A stretch of 21,132 nt of DNA from Candidatus Sericytochromatia bacterium (lineage in GTDB: Bacteria; Cyanobacteriota; Sericytochromatia; S15B-MN24; JAQBPE01): contig JAYKHR010000068.1 in NCBI GenBank assembly GCA_035285125.1, positions 1 through 21,132 on the forward strand, read 5' to 3'. This document shows, in pieces, positions 1 through 7,097 of this stretch (within the stretch, counting starts at the first letter, position 1; every line of letters begins with the position of its first letter). The notes below the pieces were generated by a model, which was not told the origin of the DNA, did not search any database, and was given only the letters and a program-made list of their open reading frames with translations. The position numbers and the translations under genes were made by a program.

Positions 1-2
1 AA

Positions 3-1052
3 CTTCGCAAGCTGATCGAGCACATCCAGACGCTGAACCAGGCGCTGCACGAGCGCAACGCGCAGATCGTGCAGTGGCAGCAGGTCGCGCGCGCGCTGCA
101 AGACGAGCGGGGCCGCATCGCCAAGGCTTTGTTCGACGCGGTGAAGCAGGCGATGGCCAACTTCGCCCACCGCTTCGCCGGGCTGCGCAACGAGAACAAG
201 AAGCTCCGCACCTTCATCGATCACCAGCGCCAGATGCACGAGGTCGTGGCGCGGGACATGCAAGGGCAGCTGCTCTATGCCCTCAGTCGCATCGACGCCC
301 TGGCCGCGGAGCGCGGCGCCTGGCGGCAGGACTCGACCGCCGCCAGGCTGCAGGCCGCCCGGCTGCAGCAGCAGGGCCTCGAGCAGAAGGGCGTCATCGA
401 TTCGCAGCAGGCCGCGCTCGGGGAGCTCAAGCGCCAGCTCGAGTCCGCGATGGTCTTCGCCCAGCGCGAGGAGCAGCACCAGGCCGAGCTCAAGCACGCG
501 CAGCAGGACCTCGCGACCCTGCGCACCCAGCTCGCGAGCCAGGACCAGCACGTGGCCGCCCGCGACCAGGAGCTCGCCCGGGTGCGGCAGGCCTACGACG
601 GCCTGAAGCAGCGCGCGTCGCAGGAGGTTCACGCCCTGCAAGGGGAGCTGGCCCAGGCCCGCCAGGCGAGTGCCGGGGTGGACGAGCGGGTCGACGAGAT
701 GGCCCGCATGCTGGCGAACTCCGAGCGGGAGGTGGCCCGCCTCTTCAAGGAGCTCGGCGACGAGCGCACCCTCCGCAAGGAGGCCGAGATCCGCCTCGAG
801 GCCGCCACGAAGGACCTGCGCAAGGCCAAGTCGGCCGTGACCCGCCTGGAGAAGGCCGAGAAGGCCGCCAAGGGCGAGCAGCTCAGCGATCTCCAGAAGC
901 GGATCGACGAGATGACCCGGGACTACCGGGAGCTGCAAGAGGAGCTTGCCAGCGCCCTGCGCGACAAGACGGCCTACATGCAGGCCCTCGAGGGCCAGAA
1001 GGGCAAGGTCCGGCCCTTGCCGCCGCCCTCTGCCGAGCCGGGCAACTCCTGA
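3..1052 (+). CDS. Long coiled-coil protein (SMC/tropomyosin-like composition), 5'-truncated by the window edge
   Basis: Frame is open from base 3 (LRKLIEHIQTLNQALHERNAQIVQWQ...) to TGA at 1050-1052. Heptad-like L/A/E/Q/R/K-rich sequence with GC-rich third codon positions. Confidence 0.8.
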   Translation, partial: LRKLIEHIQTLNQALHERNAQIVQWQQVARALQDERGRIAKALFDAVKQAMANFAHRFAGLRNENKKLRTFIDHQRQMHEVVARDMQGQLLYALSRIDALAAERGAWRQDSTAARLQAARLQQQGLEQKGVIDSQQAALGELKRQLESAMVFAQREEQHQAELKHAQQDLATLRTQLASQDQHVAARDQELARVRQAYDGLKQRASQEVHALQGELAQARQASAGVDERVDEMARMLANSEREVARLFKELGDERTLRKEAEIRLEAATKDLRKAKSAVTRLEKAEKAAKGEQLSDLQKRIDEMTRDYRELQEELASALRDKTAYMQALEGQKGKVRPLPPPSAEPGNS

Positions 1053-1061
1053 CGCCTGCCC

Positions 1062-1925
1062 TCAGGCCTCGCGCCAGGGCCGGCTGGTGAGGTACGCCGC
1101 CAGCGCGGCCTCCCAGGGCGGCAGGGGCGGCACCCCGGCCTGCCGCAGCGCGGTGCCGTCCAGCACGGACCAGGCCGGCCGGGCTGCCGGGCGGGGCATC
1201 TCGGTGGTGGTGATGGCGTGGACGGGCGTGGTGAGGCCCTCCAGGGCCACGGTGCGCGTGGCGAGGTCGTGCCAGCTGCAGTGGCCGCCGCCGGTGGCGT
1301 GGTAGGTGCCATGGCGGCCGGAGGCGAGCAGCCCGGCGATGGCGTCGGCGAGGTGCACCGTCCAGGTGGGGCTGCCGACCTGGTCCGCCACCACCCGCAG
1401 CGCGGGCTGCTGCCGGGCGAGCCTGCGCATGGTCTCGACGAAGTTGGGGCCGCCCCGCCCGTAGAGCCACGAGGTCCGCACGATCCAGTGGGCCGCGAGG
1501 GTCTGGCGCACGGCCTCCTCGCCCGCGAGCTTGCTGCGGCCGTAGGCGTTCAGGGGGCCAGTGGCGGCCTCGACGCCGTAGGGCTCGGTCGCGCGACCGT
1601 CGAAGACGTAGTCGGTGCTCACGTACAGCACCGCTGCGCCCACGTCGCGCGCTGCCTGGGCCACGTGGGCCGCGCCCGTCGCGTTCACCCGGTGCGCGAG
1701 CGCGGGGTGGGCCTCGGCGTCGTCCACGCGGGTGTAGGCAGCGGCGTGAACGACGGCCGCTGGTCGGGCCTGCGCGAGGGCGGCCTGGACCGCCACCGGG
1801 TCGGTGACGTCGAGGTCTGCCCGGCCCAGGGCCACCACCTCGTGGCCGGCTGCCGCGAGCGTCGGCACCAGGTCGGTCGCCAGCATGCCCCCCGCGCCCG
1901 TCACCAGCACCTTGCCGCCGCGCAT
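1062..1925 (-). CDS. rfbD: dTDP-4-dehydrorhamnose reductase (RmlD)
   Basis: Rossmann motif VLVTGAGGML, AAYTRVDDAE, STDYVFDG, catalytic YGRSK, DQVGSPT and RPAARPAWSVLD motifs; GAGGGAGGG RBS upstream. Confidence 0.95.
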   Translation of the reverse strand: MRGGKVLVTGAGGMLATDLVPTLAAAGHEVVALGRADLDVTDPVAVQAALAQARPAAVVHAAAYTRVDDAEAHPALAHRVNATGAAHVAQAARDVGAAVLYVSTDYVFDGRATEPYGVEAATGPLNAYGRSKLAGEEAVRQTLAAHWIVRTSWLYGRGGPNFVETMRRLARQQPALRVVADQVGSPTWTVHLADAIAGLLASGRHGTYHATGGGHCSWHDLATRTVALEGLTTPVHAITTTEMPRPAARPAWSVLDGTALRQAGVPPLPPWEAALAAYLTSRPWREA

Positions 1926-2150
1926 GGCCCCTCCCTCGCTGGGCGCATCATAGCACGGTCTGCGGCCGGCCCTTCGGCCGACTCGGCCAGCGGCGCTCGT
2001 TGGCCTGGCCAGGCTTCAGGCGGGGCCCCCTTGCCCCGCTGGCCCCGGTTTGCTAGAACGGAATCAAGCCCCCGGCCCCTGGGTATGCAACGCATGGCCC
2101 CCTCGGGTCTGCGAGGGAGCCACCAAGCACTTGAAAGGAGCTTACGAACC

Positions 2151-2861
2151 ATGTCGTACGAGATGGATCGCGTGCAGCATATCGGGGGAACGCCCTCCGC
2201 CTCCTGGGGGGCGATGAGCGCCCAGACCTTCACGGGCAAGGTCATGCCTGCCTTCGGCGCCTCGCTGGCCGTGGCCGCCGGGGGCGTGTTTGCCGGGATG
2301 ATGGCCCTGCAGGCGCTCGGCCCGACGCTCGGCTTCGGCCTGCTTATCGCGGCCCTGGTGGCCGAGCTCGGGCTGATCTTCACGGCGGGCCGCTGGCAGC
2401 ACAACGAGGCGCTCAACAAGCCGCTGTTCTTCTTGTATGCGCTGCTCTCGGGGGTGACGCTGGTGCCCCTGCTCACGTGGGCGGGCGCGCGGGGCGGCGT
2501 GCCCCTGATCGGCCAGGCCCTCGCCGTCACGGCCGTGACCTTCGGCGCCCTCAGCGTCTACGGCGCGACCACCAAGCGGGACTTCGCCAACCTCGGCGGC
2601 TTCCTGTTCGTGGCGTGCATCGGCCTGCTTGCCGCTGGCCTGCTCAACATCTTCTTCCAGTCCTCCATGCTGTCGCTGGTCTGCTCCATCCTCGGCGTGG
2701 GCGTGTTCTCCGCCTTCACGGTCTACGAGATGAACATGATCCGCCGCACGTACTCCGACGCGGACTGGATCGCCGCCGCCCTCGGTCTCTTCGTCGCCTT
2801 CATCGGCCTCTTCCAGTCGATCCTGCGGCTGTTCGGCATCGCTGGCAGCAGCGACGACTGA
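2151..2861 (+). CDS. Bax inhibitor-1/YccA family membrane protein (236 aa)
   Basis: ATG 2151 after GAAAGGAG. About 7 hydrophobic segments, with motifs YGATTKRDFANLGGFL and IAAALGLFVAFIGLFQSILRLFG typical of BI-1/YccA. Confidence 0.9.
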   Translation: MSYEMDRVQHIGGTPSASWGAMSAQTFTGKVMPAFGASLAVAAGGVFAGMMALQALGPTLGFGLLIAALVAELGLIFTAGRWQHNEALNKPLFFLYALLSGVTLVPLLTWAGARGGVPLIGQALAVTAVTFGALSVYGATTKRDFANLGGFLFVACIGLLAAGLLNIFFQSSMLSLVCSILGVGVFSAFTVYEMNMIRRTYSDADWIAAALGLFVAFIGLFQSILRLFGIAGSSDD

Positions 2862-2907
2862 GCCCCACCGCAACGCGCCGGCGCGCGCGCCGGCCCGAGG
2901 AGGCCCC

Positions 2908-4221
2908 ATGGCGGACGGGCGACCGCCCGACAACCCGACCCCGCACGACGTCCCCCCGGCCTCGCTGGGGGGCGACCGTTTGACCGGGCGGCTCGAGGGC
3001 ATCGCGCCGGCCGTGATGTCCGCCTTCTTCCAGCAGGGGGCGGCTGGCACCCCTGCCGGCCGCCCTGCCCCTGAGCCCCCTCCGGCCCGCGTCGAGGCGC
3101 TCTCCCCGCCCCGCACCCCGGCCATGTTCGGCGCGTTGCCGCCCCTCGACGCCGAGGGTCAGCGGCAGCGCGATATGAAGATCCAGCACCTGGCGATGAT
3201 GCTCGCCGCCCGGCCGGCCGAGGCCGCTGCGCTGGCCGCGCCCGCGCCACCCCCCGCCCAGGGCTCAGGCGACCTGCGGGATGCCCACCTGCTGCTGCGG
3301 CAGCGGGCCGGGCGGGGGCATCGCCAGACGGGCTCCTTGAAGCCCAAGGGGACGGGCGACCTGCCGGAGGGCTCGCCCTCGGCGGCCTCCCCTGCGGGCC
3401 CTGGTGCCCCGGCCAGCGGGCGCCCGCGCAGGGGCCAGGGCACTGGCCGCCTGGAGGGCGGGGCCGGCCGCGTCGAGGCGCTCGTGGGGCAGGCCCTTGG
3501 GGCTGAGGGGGTGCTGGCCCTGCGGCAGGCCGTCGCGGTGCTGGAAGACCGGACGCTGCCTTCGCGGCTGGCGGGCCTCACGGAGCGCGTCACGGCCCTG
3601 GTGCCGGGGGAGGACGGCGTCGTGCGCCTCGGGGCCGACGTCGGGAAGCGCCTGATCGTCAACAGCCTCAACCCCGTCATCGCCCTGTCGGTGGCCGCGA
3701 AGGAGTCCGCGGGGCACCTGGCCGAGCTGAAGCGATGGGAGGCCCTGACGCCGCGGGAGCGGCTGGTGGCCACCACCAACCTCACGGCCAACCTGGCCGA
3801 GATCGTCGGCGCCGTCACGCCGCCGCCCGTCAACGTCGGCGCCCAGCTGGCCGCTGCGGGCCTGCAGCTCGTGAGCCTCGCCTCCGAGCACGGCGAGACG
3901 CTGGAGGACGTGGCGCGCCGGGCTGCGGCCACCGAGCCTGCCCGGCGCGTGCTGGGTGAGGTGGCGGAGCAGGGGGCCGTGCTCGCGAGCCGCGTCCAGG
4001 CGGCCTGGGGCGAGCTGAGCGAGCGCCTGAAGAAGAAGCCTCCGCGTGCGCCCGCGGCGCTGCAACGCCTCTTCGACTCGCCGGAGTACCAGCGCCTCAA
4101 GCGCCACCGCATCAGCAGGGGGCTGGCGCGCGGGCTGGAGAACCTCACCTACAACCTCACGCAGCGCTTCCGCGTGTGGCGGGAGCGGCTGGCCCACCGC
4201 TGGCAGCGCGAGGGCCGCTGA
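2908..4221 (+). CDS. Hypothetical protein (437 aa): Pro/Gly-rich disordered N-half, helical C-half, basic C-terminus
   Basis: GAGGAGG RBS before ATG 2908; codon bias fits the genome; fills the gap between neighbours. No family recognised. Confidence 0.7.
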   Translation: MADGRPPDNPTPHDVPPASLGGDRLTGRLEGIAPAVMSAFFQQGAAGTPAGRPAPEPPPARVEALSPPRTPAMFGALPPLDAEGQRQRDMKIQHLAMMLAARPAEAAALAAPAPPPAQGSGDLRDAHLLLRQRAGRGHRQTGSLKPKGTGDLPEGSPSAASPAGPGAPASGRPRRGQGTGRLEGGAGRVEALVGQALGAEGVLALRQAVAVLEDRTLPSRLAGLTERVTALVPGEDGVVRLGADVGKRLIVNSLNPVIALSVAAKESAGHLAELKRWEALTPRERLVATTNLTANLAEIVGAVTPPPVNVGAQLAAAGLQLVSLASEHGETLEDVARRAAATEPARRVLGEVAEQGAVLASRVQAAWGELSERLKKKPPRAPAALQRLFDSPEYQRLKRHRISRGLARGLENLTYNLTQRFRVWRERLAHRWQREGR

Positions 4222-4228
4222 GGGTCGG

Positions 4229-4603
4229 CTAGCGGCGCTTCAGGATCTCGTAGATGCCGCGGATCTCGCCGCCGTCGAACCAGCGGCCCTTGCAGCGCTT
4301 GCAGTTGTCGATGTAGAGCCCCTGGTTGTTCCAGTTGAACTTGGTCATCGGGATCTTGCAGTCGGGGCAGCTCGCGGGGCCCTCTTGCGACCGCGCGTCG
4401 AGCTGGCGCTTGGGCTGGTTCAGGTGGACGAGTTCGAGGTCCATCAGCAAGTTGGCGCGCGAGTCCGCCTCGAAGTCGTGGGACTGCAGCCAGACGCCGC
4501 CGCAGCTCGTGCTGCAGACGTCCACCTCGACCTCCCACTTCTCGACGTCGGTGGTGATGGTGTGGGTCCTCAGGGGAACCCGGCATCGGGGACACATGGC
4601 CAT
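4229..4603 (-). CDS. Protein with two zf-TFIIB-type zinc ribbons
   Basis: CPRC...VDVCSTSCGGVWL and CPDC...IDNCKRCKGRWFDGGE; GAGGAG RBS. Confidence 0.88.
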   Translation of the reverse strand: MAMCPRCRVPLRTHTITTDVEKWEVEVDVCSTSCGGVWLQSHDFEADSRANLLMDLELVHLNQPKRQLDARSQEGPASCPDCKIPMTKFNWNNQGLYIDNCKRCKGRWFDGGEIRGIYEILKRR

Positions 4604-4746
4604 GGGCTTGCTCCTCGTGGGGTGGTGACGCCGTGAATATACCCCACGGCGGGGGGCTTGGTCGCCTGGGCCCCGGGCCGGGCAGGCAGAAGGTTAACGT
4701 TCGTCGCCCCTGAATCTAATGGCCTTTTAATGTCGGGGTGGGGCGT

Positions 4747-4800
4747 TGCAACCCTGATGCAACCCCTTCGGCGGATGACCATCTTGTGAGCGGTGCTCAC
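4747..4800 (+). promoter_or_regulatory. Putative promoter/operator, copy A: TGCAAC x2 (11-bp period) and GTGAGCG, with a GTGAGC-GGT-GCTCAC palindrome
   Basis: TGCAAC at 4747 and 4758, GTGAGCG at 4786. The same layout occurs at 6615/6626/6654. Confidence 0.6.
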
Positions 4801-4835
4801 GGGTGAGAGAGAGAGCGGACACGAGGAGGCCCCGG

Positions 4836-5222
4836 ATGCGTGCGAAGAAGACCCACCCCAACCACGTGAAGACCCGGCTGTTCGGGGAGGTCGAGAAGGC
4901 CCTGCGCGGCGGCGCGGACGGGATTATCTTCTCGCTGCCGGCCCCCGGCTGCGAGCAGGCCGGTGGGGTTCGCCGCAAGCAACTCGTGGCGATGCACGTC
5001 ATCGGCGATCGCCTCTTTTTCTTCGACCCCGAGCGCAACCCTGACCTCTCCTACGCCGCCGACTGTGGCGTGGCTGGCGAGGCCGTGGCCGACTATGCCG
5101 GCATGCGCTACGAGGGCCGCGGGCTCCACTCCCTGCCGCTGCGCTACCTCAAGCAGCTCTTCCTCGACGGCAAGGGCTTCGCCCTCGTGCCCCTGGCCCA
5201 CCGGCTCGCCATCGCCGTCTGA
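4836..5222 (+). CDS. Hypothetical protein (128 aa)
   Basis: GAGGAGG RBS at 4823-4829, ATG 4836, globular-looking sequence, GC3 bias. Confidence 0.75.
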   Translation: MRAKKTHPNHVKTRLFGEVEKALRGGADGIIFSLPAPGCEQAGGVRRKQLVAMHVIGDRLFFFDPERNPDLSYAADCGVAGEAVADYAGMRYEGRGLHSLPLRYLKQLFLDGKGFALVPLAHRLAIAV

Positions 5223-5368
5223 GGTCGCGCGCCCGGCGGCCTGGGCCGCTCCACCAGGAAGCTCCGCGGCTCGGTGCAGGCAGGCGAGAAGCCTGCACAT
5301 CAGGTATAGTGGGGGTTCAAGTGAGGCAGCGGCGCGCCTGGCTGGGCCGCGAGCGACGACGAGGTGAC

Positions 5369-5971
5369 ATGATGAGTCTGGTCAAGGTGGTGTTCGACGG
5401 GGCCCCGGGGACGGGCAAGTCCAAGACGCTCGAGGCGATCCGTCAGTTCTTCGCCATGAGCAACAACCTGCGCCAGATGTTCAACCTGCCCATCTTCAAG
5501 GTCGGGTTCGTCAAGGAGGCCGCCTGGGACCTGTTCGAGGCCCACCCGGACATCAACCGGGGCGCCCTGTCGACCCAGCGCACCATCCTCAACATGATGA
5601 TGGAGCGCGAGGCCGCGAACCGCGACATGGACATCGTCTTCATCGACCGGGGGGCTTACTCGATCAACGTCTACGAGAAGCTCTTCGGGATGGAGGACAT
5701 GGGCCCGCTGCGCGCGGACATCGAGCGCCTCACGGGCGGCTACGACATGGTCTACCTCTTCCACCCTGACAACGTCATTCTGCGCAACGACGGCGTGCGC
5801 ATCGAGGATGCCGAGACGCGCATGGGGCTTCACAACGCCTTCCTGGAGCACCTGCAGGACCTCTCCCTGCCGCACCGCGTGCTCTTCGCGGAGAACACGG
5901 AGCGCGCCGGCATCGTGATTGGCGACATCCTGGCGCTGCTGCAGAAGAAGGGCGTCCCGATGCTCGTCTGA
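5369..5971 (+). CDS. P-loop nucleotide-kinase-like ATPase (AAA_28/NadR kinase-like, 200 aa)
   Basis: Walker A GAPGTGKS, IVFIDRG, YDMVYLF and NDGVR motifs; GAGGTG RBS; TATAGT -10-like hexamer at 5305-5310. Confidence 0.82.
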   Translation: MMSLVKVVFDGAPGTGKSKTLEAIRQFFAMSNNLRQMFNLPIFKVGFVKEAAWDLFEAHPDINRGALSTQRTILNMMMEREAANRDMDIVFIDRGAYSINVYEKLFGMEDMGPLRADIERLTGGYDMVYLFHPDNVILRNDGVRIEDAETRMGLHNAFLEHLQDLSLPHRVLFAENTERAGIVIGDILALLQKKGVPMLV

Positions 5972-6028
5972 CGGGGTGCCCGCCCCACGGCGGCCCCCCA
6001 GGCTTGTGCCCGGCCCGGCCTGACTCCC

Positions 6029-6571
6029 TCAGGCCGGGCCGGACCGCGTGTAGCGCCTGGCGTGGATGGTCTTGCCGCCGGGGCCGACGCCTGCGCTGAT
6101 GGCCTGCGCCAGCGAGAAGTAGTGGGCCGGCGCTGCTGGACGGGCCTTGAGTGGGGTCACGACCACCACATGCCGGGCCCCCGTCTCCCACATCCGCCAC
6201 CACATGGCGGCCTCCTCGGCAGGCGTGGCGAGGTGCAGCGCATAGGAAGACACGATCCAGTCCGCCGCTGGCAGCGGCTGATCGAACGTGCTCACCACGC
6301 CAGGCCAGCCCGTCTCGTGCTCGTAGCGGGCCACCATGGCCGCAGCCCGGTCCACCCCCACGCAGCGAACGCCGGCGCGACCGGCCAGCCACTTGCTGAC
6401 CAGTCCGTCGCCACAGCCCAGGTCCAGCACCGTGCCGGCGACGCCGGCCAGCGTCGCCTCCAGCAGCTGGTGGATGCCGGGCGCGTGCGGGTTGTCGTAG
6501 CGAGCGGCCTCGCGCTCGTAGTAGGCCTGGGGCGTCAGGTCCGTCCCCAGGTACGGGTGGTCGTCGGACAC
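6029..6571 (-). CDS. Class I SAM-dependent methyltransferase
   Basis: Motif I VLDLGCGDGL, motif II VGVD, and DWIVSSYALH. Confidence 0.88.
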   Translation of the reverse strand: MSDDHPYLGTDLTPQAYYEREAARYDNPHAPGIHQLLEATLAGVAGTVLDLGCGDGLVSKWLAGRAGVRCVGVDRAAAMVARYEHETGWPGVVSTFDQPLPAADWIVSSYALHLATPAEEAAMWWRMWETGARHVVVVTPLKARPAAPAHYFSLAQAISAGVGPGGKTIHARRYTRSGPA

Positions 6572-6614
6572 GGTTCTGGGATCTTAACCTGAATTTGAGC
6601 TTACGCGCCTCGTT

Positions 6615-6660
6615 TGCAACGCGGCTGCAACCCCTGCCGGCCACAACACCTTCGTGAGCG
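6615..6660 (+). promoter_or_regulatory. Putative promoter/operator, copy B: TGCAAC x2 (11-bp period) and GTGAGCG
   Basis: TGCAAC at 6615 and 6626, GTGAGCG at 6654; spacing identical to copy A. Confidence 0.6.
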
Positions 6661-6685
6661 CGGTAGGGCGCAGCTCAAAAGTTTT

Positions 6686-6755
6686 CCAACTCCCAACTCC
6701 AACTCCAACTCCAACTCCCAACTCCAACTCCCAACTCCAACTCCCAACTCCCAAC
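6686..6755. repeat. Irregular tandem repeat of CCAACT / CCCAACT (10 full units plus 1 partial)
   Basis: Read directly: unit lengths 6,7,6,6,6,7,6,7,6,7, then CCCAAC. Confidence 0.95.
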
Positions 6756-6795
6756 AACTCGACGGGCGGCCCTGTTCAGGGCCGCCCGTCGAGTT
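6756..6795. terminator. Perfect 19-bp inverted repeat; probable (bidirectional) terminator or stabilising hairpin
   Basis: AACTCGACGGGCGGCCCTG-TT-CAGGGCCGCCCGTCGAGTT, 17 bp downstream of the stop of the minus-strand operon. It has only a short T tail. Confidence 0.7.
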
Positions 6796-6812
6796 TGAGC
6801 CGATCGGCGTCG

Positions 6813-7097
6813 CTACGCGATCAACCTCGGCGCGAGCAGGCTCAACCCGATCGCCGCCGCGGCGAGCCGGGCCCAGGCGTGGTGCACCTCGCCAGCCCCC
6901 CACGAGGGGCGCGGGCGCCAGTTGAACTCCTGCGCGAAGAATGGCAGCGAGCGCGCAACCATCGCCAGCGGGACGGGACGGCGCTGGCGCTGGTGGAGGG
7001 CCACCCAGGACTCCAGGAAGGCGACCTCAAGGAACACGCTCCGGTCGTTCGCGCAGGCCAGCAGCGCCAGCAGCCGCTCCGTGTCGTGGGTTCTCAT
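6813..7097 (-). CDS. Hypothetical protein (94 aa), last gene of the SNF2 operon
   Basis: ATGA overlap with the upstream stop (7094-7097); GGAGGGG RBS; MRTHDTERLLALLAC... Confidence 0.7.
   Translation of the reverse strand: MRTHDTERLLALLACANDRSVFLEVAFLESWVALHQRQRRPVPLAMVARSLPFFAQEFNWRPRPSWGAGEVHHAWARLAAAAIGLSLLAPRLIA

Larger units (their letters stand above)
6654..6797 (+). ncRNA. Candidate small RNA (about 144 nt): 5' hairpin, C-rich repeat tract, long 3' hairpin
   Basis: Follows the motif copy B in an intergenic gap. Hairpin TGAGC-GCG/CGC-A-GCTCA at 6655-6677, repeats at 6686-6755, 19-bp inverted repeat at 6756-6795. Transcription is inferred, not shown. Confidence 0.45.

Noticed and set aside
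2086..2110. Third TGCAAC upstream of the YccA-family gene
   Set aside because: Single hexamer, with no 11-bp partner and no GTGAGCG at +28; not counted as a copy of the motif.
4784..4800. lac-operator-like TTGTGAGCGG
   Set aside because: Only a half-site match, no LacI-family gene or vector sequence; better explained as part of the shared motif and hairpin.
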